A program made the translations under genes and the position numbers. The notes under the pieces were generated by a model. That model did not search any database and was not told the DNA's origin. It was given only the letters and a program-made list of their open reading frames with translations. Shown piece by piece: positions 8,884 through 19,015 of a DNA stretch of 52,735 bases. The first letter of the stretch is position 1; the number at the start of each line of letters is the position of its first letter. Origin of the DNA: Bacteriovoracaceae bacterium. GTDB taxonomy: Bacteria; Bdellovibrionota; Bacteriovoracia; Bacteriovoracales; Bacteriovoracaceae. The DNA lies in NCBI GenBank assembly GCA_018649885.1, contig JABIHA010000138.1:62001-114735 (forward strand), read 5' to 3'.

Positions 8884-9894
8884 TTAATTGGCCAGGTTGA
8901 GAGATGGAAAAAGAGACTCTAGACCAGAAAGTGCCTTCGAAAAATTGCTACTAGAGAAATTCTTTTTTAACCGGTTGCAAATGTCATCTACCTTATTAAA
9001 ATCATAATTTTGAAATCGAAGATGATCTACAAGGTGTTCTGATATTATATAAATTGAGCTAAGAAAACTTATTCTTTGGTCGTCTATACCTTTTGGGAAC
9101 CCCTTTCCGTTGGGAAGTTCATGGTGCTGCTCGATAACTTTCAATGTATCAGGGTAGATAATATCAGAGTATTTTGACAATTCTCTTGCAACCTCAATTG
9201 GATGGGATTTGATATGTATGTTAAGAAATTTCTGCCATTTGGCATTAGGGTCAAGCTTGAGGGTATCAACTTCTTTAATCTCACTCTCTGTTTGGGTTAC
9301 ATCACATAAAAGAGAGGCAAGTGTAATCTTTTGATATTGAACTTCGCTGGCCCATTTGAATTGTTGTAGTAGTGAGCATGCAGTAAAGGAAATATCGATA
9401 GAGCGTTGTTGGCAAAAAGGAAAACGAACTCCATTTTTAATAAATGATTTAAGTAAGTGAGGTCTTTTTTGCATTAAAAATACAGACTTTGCACTAATTT
9501 CTACTGCTAAGTCTAAAACAAAGAGATTGGCCCCTAGATTTTGCATACCCTCTCGCATTTGGGTTACACGTTCACACAGTTTTGCTAATATCTGCGTTTC
9601 ACTTTCACCTCTAGGATCAATTTGAAGGGCTTTTGATGTCTTTGAAAGATTTAAAAAGGCATCTACATCTTCTTTTTTCGCCCAAACACTTTTCAAGCCT
9701 CTTTTTACATAATTGGTGAGTACACTATCCAAGTCATCATTTTTTGGGTCAAGTGTGATTTTTTTTTGTGAACCAAAAATTATCGTAATGCAAAAACAAA
9801 CACGGTTTCTCATAGACTGGTAAACACCAGCGGGAATTTCATAGTGAGTGCTTTTAAGTGAGCTTGTGGTATTTTGTTCTGATTTCTTATTCAA
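8884..9894 (-). CDS. Degenerate HD-GYP-like domain protein
   Basis: ASLLCDV (HD replaced by CD), HPIE, QHHELPNGKGFPKG. Confidence 0.75.
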   Translation of the reverse strand: MNKKSEQNTTSSLKSTHYEIPAGVYQSMRNRVCFCITIIFGSQKKITLDPKNDDLDSVLTNYVKRGLKSVWAKKEDVDAFLNLSKTSKALQIDPRGESETQILAKLCERVTQMREGMQNLGANLFVLDLAVEISAKSVFLMQKRPHLLKSFIKNGVRFPFCQQRSIDISFTACSLLQQFKWASEVQYQKITLASLLCDVTQTESEIKEVDTLKLDPNAKWQKFLNIHIKSHPIEVARELSKYSDIIYPDTLKVIEQHHELPNGKGFPKGIDDQRISFLSSIYIISEHLVDHLRFQNYDFNKVDDICNRLKKNFSSSNFSKALSGLESLFPSLNLAN

Positions 9895-10018
9895 TGAGGA
9901 TTCCTTAGTAACTATCGGGAATCATTGTATTTTCCAAAGAGAGATTGTGCAATAGTAAGAGTTTAAAAGTTAGCTTTACTAAAAGTAAGCAAAAATTAAA
10001 TTATTTCTGACCTTGATA

Positions 10019-10828
10019 CTACTTTGATAATTTGAGGTAGTGCTCTCTTAGGTAGTGTGTGCAAATACCCATTGCCACTGCCACGTTCAGTGAGTTTTTA
10101 ACTCCGCTCATACCAATGCAAAGTACGTGATCACAAAGTTCTAGTAAGTCTTCTTCTAAACCATACCTTTCATTTCCAAGTACTAAAGTCATGGGTTTTG
10201 CTATTTTAACTTTAGTTAACTCTTCTGAGTTTTTTGAAGTCTCAAGGCCTATGATGACGTCACCTTTTTCTCTTCTAAGAGAAATAATATCTTTTGCCCT
10301 TGGGACCCACTCCCAGTCTAGGACTTCCTGCGCTCCCATTGCGACTTTTCCAAACTTGGGATCATCTGGGGTTGAAGAGTATCCACAGAGGTATATTTTT
10401 TGAACCCCAAGACATTCGGCAGTTCTCATAATGGAGCCAATATTAAAACTTGAACGGATATTTTCTAACACCAGTGTAAGTGGGATTGTTTTCCGAGGTT
10501 TTGCTATGCGGTCTTCAGTGGTAATGAGGTACTGGTGGTCACTCAGGGATCTTGTGTAGCTTCTCTCAATGGGAACGATTAGTGATAAAAATTGTTTGAG
10601 CAAAATGTCTTTTTCTAGCTTTTGAGGGAGCTGCCTAATACTATCGAGTTCTTCAAACTTTGAAATAGCTTTGTTTAAATATTCTGAGTAACTCTCAAGG
10701 AGTTTAGATCTAGTGTCCACGTCTTCCCACTCATTTTCTATAGAAATGGCGAACTCAACAAGGAACTTCATAGTGAGGGCAAAGTTTAAATTTTCAAACT
10801 CGCCCCAATTGCGATTTTTTTCACTCAA
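10019..10828 (-). CDS. TrmH/SpoU family RNA methyltransferase
   Basis: LENIRSSFNIGSIMRTAE, LGNERYGL, KNSLNVAVA. Confidence 0.92.
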   Translation of the reverse strand: MSEKNRNWGEFENLNFALTMKFLVEFAISIENEWEDVDTRSKLLESYSEYLNKAISKFEELDSIRQLPQKLEKDILLKQFLSLIVPIERSYTRSLSDHQYLITTEDRIAKPRKTIPLTLVLENIRSSFNIGSIMRTAECLGVQKIYLCGYSSTPDDPKFGKVAMGAQEVLDWEWVPRAKDIISLRREKGDVIIGLETSKNSEELTKVKIAKPMTLVLGNERYGLEEDLLELCDHVLCIGMSGVKNSLNVAVAMGICTHYLREHYLKLSK

Positions 10829-10832
10829 TTAT

Positions 10833-11675
10833 TTATGACCTATCTCTTAGCATCCCGCCATAAAGGGCATCAAGCTTTTTGAATCTTGGATCTTTGGAAA
10901 ATTTTTCAATAAACTTTAAATTTTCAACTCTAAAGATAAATCGATTGTGAGTGTAATACTCATATTGAGCTGGATTCAGGGTGAGTTTGAGTACCTTTGT
11001 TTTATTGAGTGCATAGACGGTTTTCTTAGGACCTGTGAGCCAGTGGCCACCTTGAAGGTACCTAATGGCAAGTCCAACCATACCTGTTCTGTGCATACCT
11101 CCATGACAATGAAATAGTGTGGGTCCACTATGTGGTTTTAAAACAAGATTCATAATTCTGACAAAATCGTCAACGCTGCCATCTTTTTTTCCATCACTAA
11201 TTTTACCGAAAAAGCCGAGGGCCTTTACTCCAAGATATCCACTAGCATCAATATCCTCTCTAGGGGCATAGGGATTAAATCCATCTAGGTAAGTTCTGCT
11301 TACGGGTGAGAAGCTGTGATAGTACTCGTATTTATATGTACTTTTTTGAATATATTCTTCAAGGGCGAAAAGCCGATTAAGAATTTTGGGAGTTGTGTCT
11401 TTCGGACCGTTGTACCCAGTTTTATTCATGTAAATTACTGTTTTTGGAAAGGCCAATTTTTGGGTTTTCAGAAAACTTTTTAGCATCAAAAGCCTACTGG
11501 TACCAAGCATTCCACTTCGATAAATTTGGTAGTGTTTATTATTAACAACAAGTCCAAAATTCAAAGCCACTTTCATGGCCTTTACTTTCGTGTCACTAGT
11601 ATATTTATTTGAGGCAAAGGCCCCAGTGCTAAGAAAACCCACCAATAAGGCGGCACTGAATAAGTGCTTAATCAT
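10833..11675 (-). CDS. Secreted protein-tyrosine/dual-specificity phosphatase-fold protein
   Basis: Signal peptide ending AFA; P-loop FHCHGGMHRTG (CX5R). Confidence 0.75.
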   Translation of the reverse strand: MIKHLFSAALLVGFLSTGAFASNKYTSDTKVKAMKVALNFGLVVNNKHYQIYRSGMLGTSRLLMLKSFLKTQKLAFPKTVIYMNKTGYNGPKDTTPKILNRLFALEEYIQKSTYKYEYYHSFSPVSRTYLDGFNPYAPREDIDASGYLGVKALGFFGKISDGKKDGSVDDFVRIMNLVLKPHSGPTLFHCHGGMHRTGMVGLAIRYLQGGHWLTGPKKTVYALNKTKVLKLTLNPAQYEYYTHNRFIFRVENLKFIEKFSKDPRFKKLDALYGGMLRDRS

Positions 11676-12032
11676 GGTCTATCTCCGTGTTAAAACCTTT
11701 CACCGATGCTAACACTCAGCTCATAGCAAAATCAATTTCTGGGAACAAATGTAAGGAATCCTGCGGTGTGTTGGCGAATATTTGCCGTTAAGGGTGGTAA
11801 AAATAAGGCAATTAAAAAAATAAAAGATCTACTAAAAGCATCAGGAGATTAGGTGAGCGCGCAAAAGTTTAACAGTTCATCCTGATTGCATTTTGGATGG
11901 TATCAGGGGGCTATTCTCAGAAGGGGCGTGCAACTTCACTTCATCGAAGGGCCAACCAAGCACAAACCAACATAATTCCCTTCCTATAAAAATGTAATAC
12001 GGAAAATTATCTACTTTTTTATCAACAACCAT

Positions 12033-12509
12033 TTATGAGATAGAATCCCCTTTAGGAGGGTGAAAACTGACCTCTATAGTACAGTTTTCACCATCTCCTA
12101 GCAGGTCTTGCTCGAATAAATCATCATAGGTTTTGTCAAAAAGGGCGATGATTTTCTCAAACTGAGTCTCGGAAAATGCAGGGATATTTTTTTGAAACCG
12201 GGACACATAGAGAGGATTCTTTTTTTCTTTTTGAATTTTCCTCGACTGAAAGTTTTTTTGATCAGTAGCTGATGAGTGAATAAATTTATGGGCCTGTTCG
12301 CCATCAAGAGATAGGTTGTTAACAATTTTTTGAACTGAGTAGGGTCCAAGTGAAGCTTTATGATTAAAGACCCTGGAAAGGGCGCTGGGGTCAATTCCGA
12401 GTGCTCTAGCAAATGATCTGAGAGAGTAGCTGGGGTTTCTCCTAATTCTTTGCTGGAATTCATCCCACAAGTATTTCTTATAAAAATTAGAACTTTGTAT
12501 ATTTTCCAT
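12033..12509 (-). CDS. TIGR02147-like HTH protein (short form)
   Basis: RIRRNPSYSLRSFARALGIDPSALSRVF HTH; start reassigned to ATG 12509 to avoid overlap with the desaturase. Confidence 0.75.
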   Translation of the reverse strand: MENIQSSNFYKKYLWDEFQQRIRRNPSYSLRSFARALGIDPSALSRVFNHKASLGPYSVQKIVNNLSLDGEQAHKFIHSSATDQKNFQSRKIQKEKKNPLYVSRFQKNIPAFSETQFEKIIALFDKTYDDLFEQDLLGDGENCTIEVSFHPPKGDSIS

Positions 12510-12616
12510 AACCCACCCTTTGTTATTAGTAGGTATAGTAGAAAATGAAATAATTAAAAAGATCACACCTTGATTTCGTGTAATCTTGCTAGGTCGAAGC
12601 GTTCCTGGTAATGGGT

Positions 12617-13747
12617 CTAGAACCCCGGAACAGCAATATGTGGGTGATTGACCAAGAGTCTCCACCGGGCGTAACTGGTCTTAAAGTCGAGCTTTGCAAG
12701 CTTCATTTTGAGCTTGAGCTCTTTTAACGTTTCTTCGCGCTGACCTTCGAATTCTCTTTTGAACTCTCTTTTTAACTTCTTGTATTCAATTCTAATCATT
12801 TGAAATTTCTTTGAAGCCTGCTCAACCTTTACTCTCAGCTCTTCCATACTTTCTGCGAAATTAGGACTAATTAGAGTCGTTCTAACTTCATCAGCTAAGA
12901 GTCTCGCTTTTAGAATTTCTTGTGGGGATGTTTTTTTAAGGTTGGCCGCCAGCCCTATTTTTTTCATGGTGTATATCACCCATTTTGTAGGATCAAACTG
13001 GTACCAGCGAATTCCATTTCTGTAGTCAGTTTGAAATTTGTGGTGAAAATTATGGTAACCTTCACCATATGTGAAGAATGCCAAAATAGCGCTATCTCTT
13101 GCTGTATTATCATTATTGTAAGTTCTTTTTCCCACAATGTGGCAAAGTGAATTGATGAAGAAAGTGCAGTGGTGAACAAAGACAACCCTGGCAAGACCAG
13201 CAATGGCCAAGCCGCCAATTGGACTAGAGAAAAGCGCCCCAAGAAGTGCTGGGAGAATAATGCCCGTGAAGACTGCTAGTGGGAGATAGTATTTGTGTTG
13301 CCACATAACAAGTGGGTCATTTGCTAGATCACTAGAAAACTTACCACGATACTTATCCTCTTCTTTAAAAAATATCCAACCAACATGTGAATACCAAAAT
13401 CCCCTTTTAGCATTATAGGGATCTTCATCAGTATCTACTTTGTTGTGATGTCGTCGGTGATCTGTAGACCATTTAAGTGCAGAGTTTTGAAAAGCTCCCG
13501 CCCCAAAAATAAGAAAGAAAAGTCTGATGGGAGCGCGGGCCTTATAGGCCCTATGAGAAAAGAGCCTGTGATAGCCAGCTGTAATAGAAAATCCTGTGAG
13601 AAAATAAAAAATGGTGAATATCACCCAAGGGGCAATGGAGGCACCTTCAATTGAAAAATGATAATAGCAGGCAAGACCTGCGAGAATCGGAGTGGTGGTG
13701 ATAAAAAGTGTGTTTATCCAATCTATTTTTTTCAACTGGTTTTTCAT
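12617..13747 (-). CDS. Delta-9 acyl-CoA/fatty acid desaturase
   Basis: His boxes AGYHRLFSH, DHRRHH, GEGYHNFHH; DPTKW; C-terminal coiled coil. Confidence 0.95.
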   Translation of the reverse strand: MKNQLKKIDWINTLFITTTPILAGLACYYHFSIEGASIAPWVIFTIFYFLTGFSITAGYHRLFSHRAYKARAPIRLFFLIFGAGAFQNSALKWSTDHRRHHNKVDTDEDPYNAKRGFWYSHVGWIFFKEEDKYRGKFSSDLANDPLVMWQHKYYLPLAVFTGIILPALLGALFSSPIGGLAIAGLARVVFVHHCTFFINSLCHIVGKRTYNNDNTARDSAILAFFTYGEGYHNFHHKFQTDYRNGIRWYQFDPTKWVIYTMKKIGLAANLKKTSPQEILKARLLADEVRTTLISPNFAESMEELRVKVEQASKKFQMIRIEYKKLKREFKREFEGQREETLKELKLKMKLAKLDFKTSYARWRLLVNHPHIAVPGF

Positions 13748-13871
13748 ATTTCTTTCCCTTTACGCATAGCTTTTGCTTTCATAGGATACAATCATAGATT
13801 TGAAAACTCCACTGTCAAGAGTAGTGAATGCAAAGCGTCTGCAGCTACTGATTGATTATTACAAGAGAATA

Positions 13872-14678
13872 ATGATGTCAAAAAAAGTACTGATTACAGG
13901 AATTTGCGGTGGGCTTGGCATGGAAATGGCCAAGGGATTCATCAAAAAAGGCTACCAGGTAATTGGTGTTGATATTGATGATTTAGCGCTCGAAGGCCTT
14001 GAAGACAAGTTAGGCCAGGAGATTCCCACTTTTGTCTGTGATTTGAGAAACAGAGGCCAAATAGAACAGTTGTGTATGGAAGTTGTTCATAAAGGGGTTT
14101 TTCCCGATATTTGGATCAATAATGCGGGTGTTGCAACTATTGCTCCTTTTATGGAGCAAATCGATAGTTTTTCAGATGTAATGGATATTAATTTTAACTC
14201 GATTTTGTATACAACACATTTTTGTGTTGGTGAAATGATGAAAAGAAACCAGGGAATGATCGTTAATATTGCCTCCGTTGCAGGCCATGCTCCTTGTCCC
14301 TACTTCACCTCATATAATGCTTCAAAATTTGCGGTGGTGGGTTTTACTAGGAGTCTAAGACATGAATTAAAATTAAAAAAGATCCCTATTGATGTAGTCC
14401 TGGTTTCTCCAGGTTTTGTCGATACTAATATTATCAATCAAAAATCTTTTGAGTTCCCCGATTTCATGAAATTTATGCTCTCAAAGCCTGAAGTAACTGG
14501 AAAAGAAATAGTTGATGGAATATTAAAAGGAAAAAATGAGATTTTTCCAACTCTCAATGGAAAACTTCTCTTGGGACTTGGTAAAGTTGGGGCCCCTGTT
14601 CAGGATATGATGGGTCACTTAATGAATGCTAAAAACTGGAAACAGATGTTTGGCATTGAAAAAATTGACCCAAAATAA
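13872..14678 (+). CDS. Short-chain dehydrogenase/reductase
   Basis: TGICGGLG, INNAG, YNASK (YxxxK); start reassigned to ATG 13872. Confidence 0.92.
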   Translation: MMSKKVLITGICGGLGMEMAKGFIKKGYQVIGVDIDDLALEGLEDKLGQEIPTFVCDLRNRGQIEQLCMEVVHKGVFPDIWINNAGVATIAPFMEQIDSFSDVMDINFNSILYTTHFCVGEMMKRNQGMIVNIASVAGHAPCPYFTSYNASKFAVVGFTRSLRHELKLKKIPIDVVLVSPGFVDTNIINQKSFEFPDFMKFMLSKPEVTGKEIVDGILKGKNEIFPTLNGKLLLGLGKVGAPVQDMMGHLMNAKNWKQMFGIEKIDPK

Positions 14679-14680
14679 AC

Positions 14681-16894
14681 TTACTTTGCTTTAAAAGGCC
14701 TTGCTTGTTTTATCCAAATGCTTCTGTCTTCTCCAAATACTTTGTATTCAGCATCAATAGCAAATTTGGGATTATTCGCCTTTTTATATAGTTTAGCAAA
14801 AAATTCCTCAGCTATAGCAAGTGCTCTAGTGAGTCTTCTGATTTCAAGCTCTTTTGGGTTTTCAAACTCTTCAGGGTTATCAAGAAAAACACTTTGACCT
14901 TCTTGAATTGAGGAACGAGTTAGATATTGGTAACTCCAGTCTTTCCAAACTAGTTCTGGAGATTGCCCATAATCTACAAGTCCTTCAACCATTACTTCCT
15001 CAGTCAGGTAGGAGTGATTTGGGTCAATATTGTATTTTATCAACTCTTCTTCTGTGGGAGGATTAGTCACCGCAAGATCAAAGTGTTGTGAGTTTAAATA
15101 GGTTCTCCAAAAATCTTCAGGGGAATAAATATCAGTTGTGATCCCCACGCCATTAGCTAGTTCTCCCTTGGAGCCATCAAATGATTTACTTGGAAATGAG
15201 CGGTGGACGGCCACGCCGACTTTGACATCAAAGTGTCTTGTGCCTCCCATATTGAACCAAACTCTTTCATCAAATGCTCTGTCATTCCACACGCTTGAAT
15301 ATATGTAGGGAAGTTTTCTTTTGATTTTGGCAGCAATTTTTTTCCATGATTTTTGGGCGGCTGAATTGTATGAGCCATCAGAGAGCTTTTTGTACAAGCT
15401 GATACCTGTTGAGTTGTAAAGTCCCGCTCCATTAAATCCCTCAAGGTCCTCAGCATTTGTGCTTGATCTAAGCCTTATTTTTTCAACTTTCGATATATGG
15501 ATAGGCGAGTTTTTATCTTCGATTAAAATATTTTTAAATAGTGATAGTACGCTTGGTGGAACGACTGAGTTTTCTATGATGGATCTAATTTTTGCTAGTG
15601 TTTGCTTCGATTTACAAGGGGAGATAAGTCCATTTTCTAGAAGCCCAGCTTCTTTAAGTAGTTTTGTTATTATCTTCTTTGGTGTTGTCACTCTTTCTGG
15701 GTTGGCGTGGTCAAGGCCCGTTTGTGCAAAGTTCATAAATTGATCATAGAAACTAAAAGGGATGGCGTAGCCATTAGGAGTCTTAACATTAACACTTTTA
15801 AATTGTCCCTTCTTTTGAAGGTGTGCAAGTACTGCTAAATTGGCCGACTTGGCACCAATAGTTTGAATAAGGTATTTGTGATTATTTCTAAAAAAGCTAT
15901 AGTTAAGTGCATTTTCAAATTCTACGAATTCATTTGTATTTGTGGTGATGGAGTTTAACTCGACAACGCCTTGGGGTCTTTTTTTCTCCCAAAATTCTCT
16001 TATCTTTTGGTCTGCTCTGTTTTCATCAATTAGCTCAATCTTGTACTCAGTTCCGGTAACTGAAATCTTGACAGCTCTTCCAATGTATTTCTCAAGTTTA
16101 CTGGTGGCCCCTTTGAGCGCCATATTGATAGTCCCGCGGTTTTGGCTTTTGACATTGACGTGGCCTAAGGGTGTTTGAAAATTTTCTGTAATAATCCCCC
16201 CCACAAGGCCAATCTCATTTGGGACTTTTTTGAAAAGGGCAATTGATGTGTGATCAAGGCATACTTCAGAGTTACTTTCATCAACGAGTTTGAGGTAACC
16301 ATATGAGGTACCACTAGTGAGAGCTTGGAATTTTTTATTAAGGTATAGATCTTCAGTTTTAATAATTGGAATTGAGTCCATAGATTGCGAGGCAGCTAGC
16401 TCTTGTTGCACGCTAAGTGGGTTGTAAGCAAAAGGAAGATCTACTTTTATGGCATTTCGAACTGTAGTGTAAAGCTCTCTTAAGTAGTCTATCTCAAGAT
16501 TATCACCACTCCAAAGATTGAAAACAAAGAGATCCTGATTATTAATATTTGGGTAGAATACAAGTGAGCCCATATTGAATTTGCGGTTTTTACCAGGTAT
16601 GGAATAATTTCTATTAAACTCAGCATTCCCGACATGGATTCCTAATTCTTCTCTAACAAAGTCTATGTGATAAGAGTGTTTTTTTGTGTTGAAAAAATAT
16701 ATTTGATTTGAACCTTGGGAATTTCTCAAATAGACAAACTTGACAACTTTTTTTCCTGAAACAGCGGCAGCGTACTGATCGAACTGAGATAAGCTGACTA
16801 ATGAGTTTTCGCATATTGAAGGATTAGGACAGCTGGGAGTGGCCCAAAGTTTGGTAGAGAAAAATAGAGTGAAAATGATAATTTTGCTGAACAT
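14681..16894 (-). CDS. Exported PEP/pyruvate-binding (dikinase-like) protein with phospho-His and ATP-grasp domains
   Basis: Signal peptide MFSKIIIFTLFFSTKLWA; GGIITENFQTPLGHVNV swivel motif; IGAKSANL, RLRSSTNAEDLEGFNGAGLY, DAEYK, IKQARP. Confidence 0.8.
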   Translation of the reverse strand: MFSKIIIFTLFFSTKLWATPSCPNPSICENSLVSLSQFDQYAAAVSGKKVVKFVYLRNSQGSNQIYFFNTKKHSYHIDFVREELGIHVGNAEFNRNYSIPGKNRKFNMGSLVFYPNINNQDLFVFNLWSGDNLEIDYLRELYTTVRNAIKVDLPFAYNPLSVQQELAASQSMDSIPIIKTEDLYLNKKFQALTSGTSYGYLKLVDESNSEVCLDHTSIALFKKVPNEIGLVGGIITENFQTPLGHVNVKSQNRGTINMALKGATSKLEKYIGRAVKISVTGTEYKIELIDENRADQKIREFWEKKRPQGVVELNSITTNTNEFVEFENALNYSFFRNNHKYLIQTIGAKSANLAVLAHLQKKGQFKSVNVKTPNGYAIPFSFYDQFMNFAQTGLDHANPERVTTPKKIITKLLKEAGLLENGLISPCKSKQTLAKIRSIIENSVVPPSVLSLFKNILIEDKNSPIHISKVEKIRLRSSTNAEDLEGFNGAGLYNSTGISLYKKLSDGSYNSAAQKSWKKIAAKIKRKLPYIYSSVWNDRAFDERVWFNMGGTRHFDVKVGVAVHRSFPSKSFDGSKGELANGVGITTDIYSPEDFWRTYLNSQHFDLAVTNPPTEEELIKYNIDPNHSYLTEEVMVEGLVDYGQSPELVWKDWSYQYLTRSSIQEGQSVFLDNPEEFENPKELEIRRLTRALAIAEEFFAKLYKKANNPKFAIDAEYKVFGEDRSIWIKQARPFKAK

Positions 16895-17053
16895 TGTTTG
16901 CTCCTAAGCGTTCAAAAGGCGATGAGGTATGACTTATAGAAGCAAACAGGTATAAGTTTAAATTATTTATTGTTATTATAGTTAATAAGTACTGCTAATA
17001 AGCGTGTAACTGCTTGAAAATTAAAATACTAGCCGTCTGTAGGGCCAGATTCA

Positions 17054-17902
17054 TTACAGATGATCATGGGAAACTCCTGGTAAAAGGTCGAAAAACTGAA
17101 CACTGAGCTGGTAGGTTTTATCTTTTGAGTGACCTGAGCTCATAAGTGAGTGCATTTTAGATCTAAATTCGCTTATGACTTCCCTTGCCTGACTAAGCTT
17201 TGAGCTGTCGATGGCCATGGCGCAACTGCTGGAAAGGCGCTGATCTTTTGACTGAGTCTCAAGTGCAAGTTTTGCTTTTTCGAGCACTTGAATATGGTGA
17301 AACCTTATGGACTTTGCACTTATGTCCTTAGGTGTTGCAACTCGATTATTAGAGGCTTTGTAATGGGTATTGCCACAATCATTTTGAGTTTTAGATAAAA
17401 GCCCTAGAAGCACAAGGCCTTCGATGCTTCTTTCAACTTCACTGGGTCCTATCATTCCATTTAATTTTTCGATGATTCTCTTTTTGGTGAATTTTTCGGA
17501 ATCAATCTTTGTCATTTCGAGTATCGCCATGTGATGCCATTCACTGATGATATCAAATTGATCAGCACTGACAACGGTACTACTTTCCTCTGGTTTAATA
17601 TCGATAAAAGATTTTTCAATAAGTCTTTTTTCTTCATCACTTTTTGCATTTTCATATTGAATCAAAAGGCCTAGATATCTCTTAGCTTTGTCATCTATTT
17701 CAAGTCCTCTCGTGAGTGGAAAATAATTACTAGGTTTTATGGGCTTTTCTGATCTAAGCATTTCATGGAGAGTAGAGTGTGATTTAAACCCCATGGTCTT
17801 TGACCATTTCCTTACAGAGAAGGTTCCTTGGCTTTTCTTAATCCTGCAGTAATCAACAAGAAAGTGCCTGGCAGAGCGGTAATTGTAAATATCAATTTTC
17901 AT
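17054..17902 (-). CDS. TIGR02147/DUF4423 family putative transcription regulator
   Basis: FSVRKWSKTMGFKS HTH, FDIISEWHHMAILEM, SIRFHH, YQLSVQFF. Confidence 0.85.
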   Translation of the reverse strand: MKIDIYNYRSARHFLVDYCRIKKSQGTFSVRKWSKTMGFKSHSTLHEMLRSEKPIKPSNYFPLTRGLEIDDKAKRYLGLLIQYENAKSDEEKRLIEKSFIDIKPEESSTVVSADQFDIISEWHHMAILEMTKIDSEKFTKKRIIEKLNGMIGPSEVERSIEGLVLLGLLSKTQNDCGNTHYKASNNRVATPKDISAKSIRFHHIQVLEKAKLALETQSKDQRLSSSCAMAIDSSKLSQAREVISEFRSKMHSLMSSGHSKDKTYQLSVQFFDLLPGVSHDHL

Positions 17903-18142
17903 AACCTATCCTGTGTATTTGTTTTAATAATGATAGTCGCTGGACTAGATTTTATTCAATGAGTTTGAAATTATCACCATGGTTTAAGCGTACACATAAA
18001 TGTGACTTAGAGGGCAGCTGGGCCAAGGTATGGTAAGTTCGAAGCCTTCTAAATATAATTGGTTTTGCCATTACCATTCATTCTAATAAGAGGAACCTGT
18101 TGCCACGTACTGATTGAGGGTAAATAGAGGTAAAATATATGA

Positions 18143-19000
18143 GTGAAACTATTCATTTTTCTTTTATTGTTTTCTCCCTATTTAAACAGTGCAGAGCATG
18201 GTCTTCTTCCCTCCGTTGAGAAGAGGAGCTGGTATTACTTCAAAAATTTCTTCTATAAAAAAGTAGATAAAGCTCAGTTTATTCAAAAGCTTCGTGAAGA
18301 CAGGCTTCAAGATTTAGATAAGTATGCCAAGTTAATCAATGCGGAGGAGCTAGTTTCACCTGATAGTTCCAAACCTCCTAGGAAAAATCGAGGAGAATTT
18401 TTTTCGCTAGATAAGAATGGGATTGCTATTTTTAGATTAGATTTTTTAGTAAAAGGAACGGCCAAACGCGTTGAAGGCAAGCTACTTGAAAATATCAATA
18501 CTAAAATAAGTAGAATCGTTTTGGATTTAAGGGGAAGCCCAGGAGGTCATGTTGATGAAGCTGTGGATATCCTCTCCCTATTTATGCGCAAGAGATTTTT
18601 GTTTAAACAGGTAAAACGATCAGGCATTAAGCCTAAGGAATACTACTCTAGCAAAAAAAAATATTTTAATCCTAAAACTCCTATTACTGTGCTGATTGAT
18701 AAAAAAACGGGCTCCGCTAGTGAGTTAATTGCCATGGTTTTTAAACATTACGGTAGAGGCTACTTGTTTGGTGAAACGACTTATGGAAAAGGTGTCGTTC
18801 AAAGTACTTTCCAGGTGGGCAAGTCATTTTATATTCGCTTCACCACCGCCCAAAGCATTGGACCAAGAAATTTTATCATTCATGATACTGGCATTAGTCC
18901 TGATTATACAGTTGACCAAATTGCTAAGGATGGTTTCTCAGATAGTAGCTTTCTTAAAAATGTATTATCATGGATAAGTGAAAAAAATCTAAAACAATGA
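18143..19000 (+). CDS. S41 (CtpA/Prc-like) C-terminal processing peptidase, secreted, apparently lacking a PDZ domain
   Basis: Signal peptide; VLDLRGSPGG, TGSASE (catalytic Ser), GETTYGKGVVQ (catalytic Lys), GISPDY. Confidence 0.88.
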   Translation: MKLFIFLLLFSPYLNSAEHGLLPSVEKRSWYYFKNFFYKKVDKAQFIQKLREDRLQDLDKYAKLINAEELVSPDSSKPPRKNRGEFFSLDKNGIAIFRLDFLVKGTAKRVEGKLLENINTKISRIVLDLRGSPGGHVDEAVDILSLFMRKRFLFKQVKRSGIKPKEYYSSKKKYFNPKTPITVLIDKKTGSASELIAMVFKHYGRGYLFGETTYGKGVVQSTFQVGKSFYIRFTTAQSIGPRNFIIHDTGISPDYTVDQIAKDGFSDSSFLKNVLSWISEKNLKQ

Positions 19001-19015
19001 AACTAGGACCTAAAA

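Noticed and set aside
18007..18052. tRNA fragment (GTTCGAA T-loop-like sequence)
   Set aside because: Folds as a single 46-nt interrupted hairpin; no cloverleaf, anticodon arm or CCA
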